DNA from: Octopus bimaculoides
Lineage: Eukaryota
Reading direction: 5' to 3'
Length of the DNA stretch: 64,000 nt
NCBI RefSeq assembly: GCF_001194135.2
Contig: NC_068985.1
Location: forward strand, 31,298,748 to 31,362,747
Made by a program: the position numbers and the translations under genes. The notes under the pieces were generated by a model. The model worked only from the letters and a program-made list of their open reading frames with translations, was not told the origin of the DNA and did no database searches. This document shows positions 49,401-61,700 of the stretch, one piece after another. The stretch's first letter is position 1. Each line of letters begins with the position of its first letter.

Positions 49401-52400
49401 CAGGCGGTACTGGCAACGGCTATGCTCAAAATGGTGTATTTTATGTGCCACCCGCACAAGAGCCAGTCCAGGGGCACTGGCAACGATCTCACTCGAAAAT
49501 CCTACGAAGGCCAGTCAGGCGGTANNNNNNNNNNNNNNNNNNNNNNNNNNNNNNNNNNNNNNNNNNNNNNNNNNNNNNNNNNNNNNNNNNNNNNNNNNNN
49601 NNNNNNNNNNNNNNNNNNNNNNNNNNNNNNNNNNNNNNNNNNNNNNNNNNNNNNNNNNNNNNNNNNNNNNNNNNNNNNNNNNNNNNNNNNNNNNNNNNNN
49701 NNNNNNNNNNNNNNNNNNNNNNNNNNNNNNNNNNNNNNNNNNNNNNNNNNNNNNNNNNNNNNNNNNNNNNNNNNNNNNNNNNNNNNNNNNNNNNNNNNNN
49801 NNNNNNNNNNNNNNNNNNNNNNNNNNNNNNNNNNNNNNNNNNNNNNNNNNNNNNNNNNNNNNNNNNNNNNNNNNNNNNNNNNNNNNNNNNNNNNNNNNNN
49901 NNNNNNNNNNNNNNNNNNNNNNNNNNNNNNNNNNNNNNNNNNNNNNNNNNNNNNNNNNNNNNNNNNNNNNNNNNNNNNNNNNNNNNNNNNNNNNNNNNNN
50001 NNNNNNNNNNNNNNNNNNNNNNNNNNNNNNNNNNNNNNNNNNNNNNNNNNNNNNNNNNNNNNNNNNNNNNNNNNTTTACTGAGAAAACAAACGCATCGTG
50101 TAAGTGAAATGGGCATAGTCAACTGAAAAACGCCAGTGTATTATGAGAACTTATTTATCAAAGCAAAAATTATATTGGCAATGAATTTAACACCATGAGG
50201 GAAACCTAATTATAAACAAAATAATGGTTTCAAATTTTACCACAAGGGCAGTAATTTTGGGGGAGGAGATCAGTTGATTACATTGACCCCAGTGTTCAAC
50301 TGGTACTTATTTTATTTACCCCAAAAGGATGAAAGGCAAAGTCGACCTCGGTGGAATTTGAGCTCAGAACACAGTGATTGTTGAAATACTACTAAGCATT
50401 TCGTCCAGCGCGCTAACGATTTTGCCAGCTCGCTGCCTTAATTATAAACAAAATAATACTAGCTAGAAATGTGTAGAGGAAAATTTAACAAAAAATTGCC
50501 CAAACAATGCTAATATGAAAATAAAGAGTAACAGCTTTGAAATAATGTCAATGATAATAGCTCCAACACAACTGTTAGCAAATCTCCTTAATCCTAAAAG
50601 TACTCCAGGATTTATCTGATAAATGTCAAGCTTGTTGCTAAGAATGAAAGATATCATCACAAATACATGCAACATGTACAATCCAGACCCTGACATGATA
50701 AATGTACAACTAGAGGCCCAGTAGACATAAAAAAATATGCAGCACAGTTTATTACCAATGAATTTTAATACAAACAACAAATTTTAATCTATTATATATT
50801 CTCCATTTTGTTTGATAACCTTTTGCATACATAATCAACTTCAATAGCTTACGTCTGTTTCCGCTATAAGATGCAGTGCACTCAGAGCAGAGTGCTTGAG
50901 CGTTACTTTACATACAAATCAACTTTCCCTACTCACACAGCCAACATCAACACCAAAACCAAAACAACCAGTGCTACTACCAACTCCTTAATGACCAACA
51001 ACAATACAAACAGTATAAGCAACTCTGTAAAAAATAAACAAAAAAAAACCCAGTCCACACAGTAAAGTGGTTCACATTTAGAAGGATATCCAGTTGTAAA
51101 ACCCATGCCAAAAACTGATGTTGCCTGCGTGAGTGTCATGTAAAAAGCACTCAGTCAACTCTGAAGAGTGGTTGGTGTTAGAAAGGGCATCCAGCAATAA
51201 AAACCATGCCAAAACAGACACAGAAACATGGTGCAGACTCCTGTTTGGCCTGCTCTAGTCAAAGCATCCAACCCAACCCATGTTAGCATGGAAGAACATT
51301 AAACAATGATTATATACACACACACACACACATGTGTATGTGTATATGTGTTTAGAAATGTGAGTGTGAATACATATATACCCATTGTACTTTAAGCTGG
51401 GTACAATAGGATTAAATGTGGAGGACTTTTATGGCTTTTGGCTGGTGAGGTTGTTTCCTTTTATTTCACATAATACAAAATATCACCTTGGTTCTTATGA
51501 CTTTAATATCAAGGCTACAGCATGTCTCCTATTCTTGCGCATTCTCAACACCAATACTAGCTATAAACTAATTTTAGACAAATAAATTTAAATAAAATAG
51601 TCATTTGATCTCTTTACTTCTTGTGTGCCTGTTCAAAGCACACATAATAAAACAAAGTGTATGTCTCGTCAGTCATGCGGGTAAAGACTAAATCACACAA
51701 ACATTCACAGTCACATGTCTTACAATAAAAGTGTTTAATGTCAGTCACACTCAAAAGGAGAGTAAAAAATGAAAAAGTGAGTGGGAGGAAAGGGTAAGTA
51801 TAAAAATATAGAGTGAGTGACTGAATTGCATATCAGCTGCTGGAGCAGCAGGTAGTTTGATAAAAATAAGACTGCAAACATCTGTCATTTCCAAACAAAT
51901 AAACAAAAACCTTGCATCTTTTGTTTGGCTCACACTTTTCAATTCCATTTTCTTCCAATTGATTGTAAATTAGGTGTATTAATGTAGTTTTGTATGCTAA
52001 TTATGGAAATGAAATTCATTTTTAGCATAAATAAATAAAAAGTTAATAGTTTTTAAAGTTCACAAATAATCAAACTTTGAACCTCTGTAACATTTAAAAG
52101 AACTTTTTCTGGGACAAGTGAATAACATCAGATTCAATATGAAGAATTACACCAATATACCAAATTTGAAAGTTTTCCCTCAATTTTAAACTTTCAAAAA
52201 GTGTGAGACAAACAGAAAAGATCCAAAATTCAAAAATGAAATATGTTATGTGATGATGGAAGTTCACACAAAGATGTATCTACACACACACACATACAAA
52301 CAATGAATCTTCTGATGGTGTCAAATAAGGGACAGAGAAAAAATAATCTTTATTGTAACAGTATATATTAACATCTTTTTGTTGTTTTTCTGTGTACACT

Positions 52401-55400
52401 CATTTATTTCAATAAATTTGGTAATTTAAAAAAACAAAAGGAACATTGTTTAAAAGATCTATCACGTGATACAAGGAAATGAGCAAGACGACATTCAACC
52501 CCAACACCAAAACATGTTGCCAGTCGAAGAAAAACACTATTTCAAGCAGAAGTAAAACAATACTTAAATATCTAATTTTATAGGAGAGTATTGTAGCTTG
52601 CTTGAAGCATTGTGTATTGTTTGTAAACAATAATGCGTTTTGAATAGCACAACAATGCACTATAACAACAACAATGGACAATAATTAACTGGTGTAATTT
52701 AATCATCCATAGTCTGATATAATATTTCGGAATATAAAAATTCCTACTTCAGATATCCTTAGGGATTGATCGATCAATCCCAAGGGATATCTAAAGAAGG
52801 AATATTTATATTCCGAAATATTATATCAGACTATGGATGATTAAATTATAACAGTTATTACAGTCCACTGTTATTATAGTGCATTGTTGTGCCATTCAAA
52901 ACACATTATTACTATTTATTATTATTGTTTACATCTAATTTTATATATCTAATTTCATATATACACACAAATATACAGTAAATTTTTTTTTGTTTTCAAA
53001 TATTGTTCGCATAACATATGTATGCATATATGTGTGTGTGTGTGTGTGTGTGTATACTTTTTGTTTGATTTTGCAAGCTTACATTTTCTGTGGTTATGTT
53101 TCCAAGTAAAGGAGAGGACATCTACACACACATCTGTATGTATGTATATATATATATATATATNNNNNNNNNNNNNNNNNNNNNNNNNNNNNNNNNNNNN
53201 NNNNNNNNNNNNNNNNNNNNNNNNNNNNNNNNNNNNNNNNNNNNNNNNNNNNNNNNNNNNNNNNNNNNNNNNNNNNNNNNNNNNNNNNNNNNNNNNNNNN
53301 NNNNNNNNNNNNNNNNNNNNNNNNNNNNNNNNNNNNNNNNNNNNNNNNNNNNNNNNNNNNNNNNNNNNNNNNNNNNNNNNNNNNNNNNNNNNNNNNNNNN
53401 NNNNNNNNNNNNNNNNNNNNNNNNNNNNNNNNNNNNNNNNNNNNNNNNNNNNNNNNNNNNNNNNNNNNNNNNNNNNNNNNNTTATACCAAGTGTAATAAG
53501 TGGGTGTGGGTAAAAGGGGGTTATTTTACCCTAAATTTATATAGCAATAAGAAAATGGAGGAGAATATGCAGTATCCATCGACTTGCAGACAGTGTATTC
53601 CATTGAATTAATTTGTTTATTTTGTAACTAAAATGACAAAAACCACAATATACAGATGCTTATGACATACCATGCCATATTAACAATTAAGGTTACAAAT
53701 ATAAAGTACATTTAGCAATTGGAGAATATACAGAAACTTACAGCTTTTTCGGCCTAGCGTTGGCATGCCCCATTTTATCCCTATAGCTCTGGCACAATCC
53801 ATGGCCCTCGCAATGATCATGCTCAGATATGCTTTTAATGTTCCACTGACACGAGTGCCAATCAGGCTGTATTGTCATCGGCCACGTCAGCGATTTTAAT
53901 TTCACTTGCCTCAATAGGTCATCACAAGCAAGGTTTATTGTCCAATGAGTGAGGGGTATTCATAAATGTGCTGGTTACACCCACTGACATAGGCCATGGG
54001 CCATGGTCTCACTTGGCTTGTTGAGTCCTCTCAAGCACAGCATATCTCCAAGGGTCCCGGTCACTAGTCATTGCCACAGTAAGGCCCAATTTTCGAAGGT
54101 CATGCTTCACCACCTCATCCGAGGTTTTCCTGGGTCTACCTTTTCCACAGGTTCCCTCAACTGCTAGGTTGTGACACTTTTTCACATAGCTGTCCTCATT
54201 CGTTCGCAACACATGACCATACCAGTGCAGCCGTCTCTCTTGCACACCACATCTGATGCTTCTTAAATCCAACTTTTCTCTCAGGACACTTACACTCTGC
54301 CGTGTATGTACACTGACATTTTACATCCAGCAGAGCATACTGGTTTCATTCCTTGCAAGCTTACACATGTCCTCAGCAGTCACGCCCCATGTTTCACTGC
54401 CATGTAGCGTGGCTGTTCGCACACGTGTCATACAGTCTACCTTTTACTCTGAGCGAGAGGCCCTTTGTCACCAGCAGAAATAGGAGCTCTCTAAACTTTA
54501 CCCAGGCTATTCTTATAAGGGAACAGGGGACCCTGTCAAAGGCTTTCTCGAAGTCCACAAAAGCCAAGTATAGGGATTTATCTTTGGCTCGGTATTTCTC
54601 CTGCAGCTGCTGTACCAGGAATATAGCATTGGTGGTGCTTCTACCTGGCACAAAACCTAACTGCATCTCATCTAAGCAGACTCTTTGCCTAAATAGTTGG
54701 GCTATGACCCTCTCCGTGACCTTCACCACTTGATCCATCAGTTTGATACCCCTGTACTTATTTCTATCTAAAGCATCACCTTTACCCTTGTAGCAGTTGA
54801 CTATGGTGCTGCTACACCAGTCATTGGGTAAGACTCCATCATGAACTACTTGGTTTACAATACAGATGACTAGGCCGTAGCTCACACTACCAGATGTTTT
54901 AAGCATCTTAGCAATGATTCCTGATGGGCCAGGGGCTTTTCCTGGCTTCATACCCTTAATTGCTTTATCTACCAGGGTGCTGCCTATTTGGATAGCTGGT
55001 CCTTCTACTGGATCAACATTTGGCACGCTCTCCTCCTCCCATTCATTCTCCACGTTCAGCAGTCTTTTATAATGGCTTCTCTAAGCCTCTTTTTTCTCAG
55101 AATCATTAAAAGCAAGTGCACCATCATCCATGCGGACACATTCCTCTCCTGTGACATCGCAATTTTCTCTCACACACTGTCTTGCAATCCAAAATACTTT
55201 AGTTCTTTGGTCTTCATGTCACTGGACATTGGCAAACTTATTTTCTGCTTCGCTCTTGGCTATGTATACCTGTCGCCCAGCCTCCCCTCTGGCAATCTGG
55301 TACAGTTCCCTGCTACCCCCACCCTTCTAGGCTTTTCAGGCCTGTTTCTTTGCTCTAATGGCTTTGTCTACCGTATTATTCCACCACCATATTACTCTAG

Positions 55401-58400
55401 GTCTGGAAGGGACTTTGCACCAACTGCAGACTTGGTGTGTAGCACTCAGCTGTCCCGTTGGAATTTCCAGCTACCTTTTATGTCCGAGGTCTGTAGCTCC
55501 TCCTCCCTCTCATCAAATTTCTTGATGAGGATATCCCTAAATCTCTGACCATGTGAAGGGTTCTTTAGCTTCCAAATCCTTCTGTCCTCAAGTCTAAAAT
55601 CACTAATGACTAGTCTATGCTGGGGGATATATTCTTCACCTGGGAGGGTTTTTGTATTTTAAGAGCAAACTTACATCCGGTTGTCTGGTGAGGATGAAAT
55701 CAATCTGGCTAGCAGAGTCACCTGACTGATAGGTTATCAGGTGGCTGCCTGGCTTCCTGAACTCAGTGTTGCAGATTAAAAGGTTACATGCATCAGAACT
55801 CCAGTAACCTAGTTCCCTCATTGTTTCAGGGACCAATACCATGGCCCCCGTGTACACCAGTGAAGATACTGGATTGCCGCCTAACATCCCCATTAAAATC
55901 TCCAGCCGCAAAGATGGTCATTGCCACTCATCTTTGAGGTAGCCTGTAGAAGGGTATCATAAAAATGGTCCTTCTGATCATTTGGTAGGCCCGCTTGTGG
56001 GGAGTAGGCAGAGATAATTGGAGCTGTGCTGTTCTGCAAGACTAGCCTGAGCTTAAGCACTCTATCGCATACCCTGACAACCTCTATGACCTTATCCACC
56101 CATTTCTTTGCAAGTAGTCTGCCTACACCCATTACTCCAACCAGGTTAGCTGGCTAGAAGATTTTTATACCTATGTGCCTTGCTTGTGAGGAACATAGAT
56201 GAAGCTCCTCTCCATCTTACCGCTTGTATGCAGCATACATCAACACATATTCTTCCGAGCATCTCTACAATCTCACTAGACCTACCTTCCAGTGTGCCTA
56301 CATTGACAGTGCCAACTCTGAAAACTGGGAAAGGAATGTGGGGTGAGGCTTGGGGAGGAGAGATGCTATTCAGCGCCTGAAAAGAAGAGGGAGGTTGTCA
56401 TGTTTGTTTTTTAGGCATGCTTCCAACCTGACATCATTGAAACATTCAAGCATGTTAAGATTGTTGCCCCTACTGGGGGTAAGAGTAGGTGTTAGCAGCA
56501 TAGTAAGTATAAGCATTATGGTCATCATAAAAATGTAAATTTAAGCGGTGTTACAAATATGGATATTCCAATGTTAGATTAAGTAGGGAGTCAACTAAAC
56601 TGGTTGCATTGTCCAGCGAGAGGAGATTGCAGGTATGATGGAGGGTACCACCAGCAAGAGGGGGTGTTTCAGACAAAGAGAGGAAACAAGCTCATCCATA
56701 CATACACACAAGCACGCATGCACACACATACAGGGACAAGCACACACGTACAGCCCATTAGCTTTCTCCTTCACCTGATTTATCTTTAGAAAATTACTGA
56801 GTAGTTGTTGGCATATTTCTAGATGAAACAAAAGATAGCCAGTTAAGTAGGTGGGCAGCTAACCTAGTTGCATTTGTCCGAGGAGAGAGAGAGAGTGCGG
56901 TTAATATAGAGAACAGCACCAGTGAGGAGGGGGGATTGACAGAGGAGACATCTGGTAATGGTGGTGACAAATCTCTAGACAACGAAACGAAAGATAGCTG
57001 GTTAAGAAGGTGGGCAGCTAACCTAGTTGCATTTGTCCCAGGAGAGAGAGAAAGAGTGCAGGTAATATATATAGAGAGCAGCCCAGTGAGGAGGAGGGGT
57101 TGAGAGAAGAGACATCAGGTAATGGTGGTGGGAGGAGAGAGAGAGATATCTGTAGATGGTGGGAAGGTATAGATATTCAGTATTGGTGGTGGGGGGGGGG
57201 CACACCGGGAACAAAGTTTAATTTGGGGAGATGGTACGAGGAACGAAAATAATAATAATAATATACATTCATAGTGTTCATGGCAAATGAGAAATCAAAC
57301 CAAAGAAATGAGAATCTAAACAAACCAAGAAACAAGTAATTATCATAACGAAATTACATGAGAAGTTATATATTAAGGGGTCAGTTGAAATGGTTAGCTT
57401 CTAAAAACTAGCTGTCAGTAAGTAATACATTTAAAGTGTTAATGGCGAATGAATGTATGAAAGATTGAAAAAAAAAAAAACGAGAGAATCTTAACTAAGC
57501 AATACATCATCATTTGGTGACTGGGCAAGAATACTTAGAAGCTGCGTGTGAACAGTACCAAATGGAATGGAATGGAAGGGAGCACATGAGACAAGAATTT
57601 TTAAATAGATAAGCTGCAACCGGAAGCAAGTTTAATTTGGGGAGATGGTATAAGGAACAAAAATAATAGTAATAATAATAATATACATTCAGAGTGTTCA
57701 TTGCGAATGAGAAATTAAACCAAAGAAATGAGAATTTAAACAAACCAAGAAGCGAGTAATTATCTTAACAAAATTACATGAGAAGTTAATGGCGAATGAA
57801 TGTATGAAAGATTGAAAAAAATTGAGGGGTCAATTGAAAAAAATTGAGGGGTCAATTTAAGTGGTTAGCTTACACACACACACACATATATAAATATATA
57901 TACCTATACATATATACACACAGAAGTCAGAAGGTATCAAAGGTGAATATACATTTATTTGACCACGTGACATCCTTAGGGTTACGGCTGTTTCACAACA
58001 TTCTTCATGTAGTATTAATTTCAGTATGGAAGAAATTAGGCTTTCATGTTTGCATTGATATGTACACTCAGCATTATACAATTGTATATACGCAAATCAA
58101 TTAAAATAAAGAAAGCTAGCTTGTGAGGTCACCAGAACATCATGGTTGCAACAACAATTAACTTAATGTATGTGTGTATTTGTTTTACTATCTCCTTGCC
58201 TTGACATTCTGCTATAATAGTAAGCGAGTGTCAAGACGTGTTCTTTATTTCCAATCTTTCATATAATCATGCCTGGGCAGGACAAAATATTATCTTATTT
58301 AGAAATAGATGAGGGTAGGCAACATGAATAACATCTGGCTATACAAAATCTATCTGATCCATGCAAGCATGGAAAAGTGACCGCCTGACTGGCCTTCGTA

Positions 58401-58703
58401 GGATTTTCGAGCGAGATCGTTGCCAGTGCCCCTGGACTGGCTCTTGTGTGGGTGGCACATAAAAGACACCATTTTGAGCGTGGCCGTTGCCAGTACCGCC
58501 TGACTGGCCTTCGTGCGGGTGACACGTAAAAGCACCCACTACACTCTCTGAGTGGTTGGCGTTAGGAAGGGCATCCAGCTGTAGAAACTCTGCCAAATTA
58601 GATTGGAGCCTGGTGTTGCCATCCGGTTTCACCAGTCCTCAGTCAAATCGTCCAACCCATGCTAGCATGAAAAGCGGACGTTAAATGATGATGATGATGA
58701 TGA

Positions 58704-58738
<35 letters not shown>

Positions 58739-61700
58739 ATGGGTGATAATATTTTCAACTAAGACGTTACAACTTTGTCTGATTGTTCAAGTGTTTCAAT
58801 TCTGTGTATGCACATATATTTACTAAATTGTTGACATTTATCAATGGTTTCTCTCATTAATAAAACTGTCAGCATTTTTGATGACACAGGTATGCTAGTT
58901 TTCTTATAAACTTGAATGTTATTCATTAAAAAATCCACTTATTCAACAATGTTAGATTCATCATGTTTGATGTATGAAATCTCACCAGTTTAAAATTTAA
59001 CCTGAAGATGATGATGGCTTATATGTTATGAATACACCACTAAAATTCTATGAAAACAGTTGTCGTAAATTTTAAATGGCATCTGTGTTCTCTTTTATTT
59101 ATATATATGTATATATTTATATACACACACACACATACATATAAGAATGAATGAATGAACATATTTTAATTCCAATTAAAGATTTTCAACCAAAATCTGG
59201 GATAATAGAAATTTAAAGAGACAAAAATGATTACACTTACCAGCTGACCATAGGCAGCAGCTCTGTTTTGATAAAATGTAGCCAGTTGCAGTTTGTTATC
59301 TGAACACAGAGAAATTGCTTTGGTGTAGGACTCAATTGCTTCATTGTATTTACCACTTTTGAAAAATACATTACCTTCTTCTTTTGCCTTAAGAGCAGAT
59401 TCTGTGCTGGACATCTGAAATAGAAAATTGAATTTTAAACTTGTCTGACAGTTATTCTGTGAATACTATATATATGGTACCAAATCAACAGGTGCCTGAT
59501 GTAAAGCCCAAATTTGCCATTTTATGTTGAAATCCTTGAAATATAGTCTATGTTAAATTCATAACTCTGTATGTCTTCACATAAATTTAGTATACAAAAG
59601 TATATGCAGAGAGATACAAGAGAAGATATGTTCACTGCCCAGGAGATTAGCACAGTAGCTGTAACAAGGTTTAAGTTCAATAAGTTAGTCTTTCAACCAT
59701 TGCATACCATTAACCCCTTTGTTGCCTTAAAATACTTGTCATTATTAACCTGGTGTTTGGAATGCAAATTAAAGTGAAAATTTGATGGAATGTTTTGATT
59801 TAGATCACTTTAAACAAATCTGTATCATCAGGCAGGTTGGTTGAGAAGGCAGAGAAGCTGTGGGGAAGATGGCAGTGAGAGAAAAAGAAGCAGAGGGACA
59901 AGAAATAGCTGCTGTAGGAGGGTACCACAGAGACAGGGAGAAAAGAAAGAACAGAGTGTGAATGTCATGAAAGCAGTGTAGATGAGGAGGCAATAGAGAG
60001 AGGGTGGGGGAAAACAGTGGATGGGTGCAACAAGGAAAAGAAAGGCTAGAGAATACCCTAGAGGTATAAAGCCAGGTTGTGAGATAAAGACAAGAGGCAT
60101 AGTTGGGTTGCAATAGAGGTAATTTGGGAGAGAGTGTGCTCTGAGTGATGTGCAGTGAGGCGGGTTTGGTGGATACTAGTTTGCTAGTTACAAGATCAGT
60201 GATTGCAAGAGACTGTATTCTATATATTGCAAGTGAGGGCAGACTAATGCCATGCCTGGCAAAAGAGTGTCCGCCACTGAAGTGACCCAATACGATCGAA
60301 ATCACATGATCTGGTGGTCTCACTTGCTATGAATATTGAGTGCAAGAGCGCACTGAATAAATCAGTTGGAGATGTCTTCCTGAGGTTAAAATAGCAGTAT
60401 CATCAGTTCTTAGAGAACACCCATGCTAAAGTGGCGATAAACACTACACACACACAATTATTAATGTCTATTTTTTCATGCTTGCATGGGTTAGATGGAT
60501 TTTGTGGATGCCCTTTTTGTCAAGTAAGATAATATTTCCCTGTTGTTGGATATGCTTTCACAGAAGACTGAAAACGAAAGACACTGCAAAAGACACTCTC
60601 GGAGTGGTTGGCATTAGGAAGAGCATCCAGCTGTAGAAACTCTGCCAGATCAGATTGGAGCCTGGTGCAGCCTTCTGGTTTGCCAGTCCTCAGTCAAATC
60701 GTCCAACCCATGCTAGCACGGAAGGCGGACGTTAAACGATGATGATGATGACTGCTATATGTTTACAAAACAGACTGCTTTCAGTTTGTCTACCAAATCC
60801 AGTCACAAAGCTTTGATTTGCCCAAGGCTATAGTAGAAGACACATGCTCAATGTCCCGTGCAGTGGGGCTGAATATGAAACTGTGTGGTTGGGAATCAAA
60901 CTTCTTAACCACTCAGCCATGCCTGATATTTTTCAACAAAATTTCATGGTATGTTCCAAACATCAGTTTATTAATGACAAAAGTTAGGGTTAGGGTTAGC
61001 CGATTAGATGTAAACAAAACCCATGTGCTTTCACTTGACGTTTACTCACATCAAATCGAAAGATAGCCGTTATTTAGTCTTCTGAAGCACTTAGTAAATA
61101 TAATTAGTGTAATCTTTAAAAAAATATATTTGCAAAATTTCATCTTATATTTGAAATCCAAACTCTCAAAATGAGCAAAATCAACAGATTTCATTTGATC
61201 ACAGCAAAATTCAAAAATGCAAACAAAGCAAATAGCAGTTATGCCAATGGCATTTCCATAATTGTTACATTCTTATAACTTACATCAATATTCTAAAACA
61301 TTGGATGACTACAACGCGCCCTTGTCATGCTGGCGTTTTTAATATTGTGCATTCCCAATCTAATCTTCGTTTGCAAAAACCAAGATAGCAAAGTATATAG
61401 ACGACAGAAAATCAAAAAAATTCTTTGTTGCTTGAAGCTTTTGGGTTTTCATTGATTCATCTTTCAGATTTTGATACAATCGACTACATGCGTTCTATGA
61501 AAGTAAACTTGTCCCAATTAAAACAACATATTGTATGACACGTAATTGTTCCTATATTTAGCACCGACTAAAAAGCATTCGCGATTTTTAGACGATGCTG
61601 CAAAATAGATTCAACAAATTTTCAAGAATAGTATTTAAATGACAGAATGCTTACAAACTGAAAACATTTGCCTAATATGACTATTTGGGTTAAATTATGC

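Noticed and set aside
50463-50780. Hydrophobic 105-aa ORF resembling a membrane protein or NUMT
   Set aside because: No recognisable motif of any mitochondrial or transporter protein. T-rich composition explains the F/L/I bias.
56846-57130. Regularly spaced direct repeats as a CRISPR-like array
   Set aside because: The units are ~170 bp, contiguous and diverged, with no unique spacers, in a eukaryotic intron.
58864-58968. Possible intronic C/D snoRNA (ATGATGA...CTGA, minus strand)
   Set aside because: The terminal stem does not fit kink-turn geometry, no rRNA complementarity was recognised, and it lies in probable retroelement debris.
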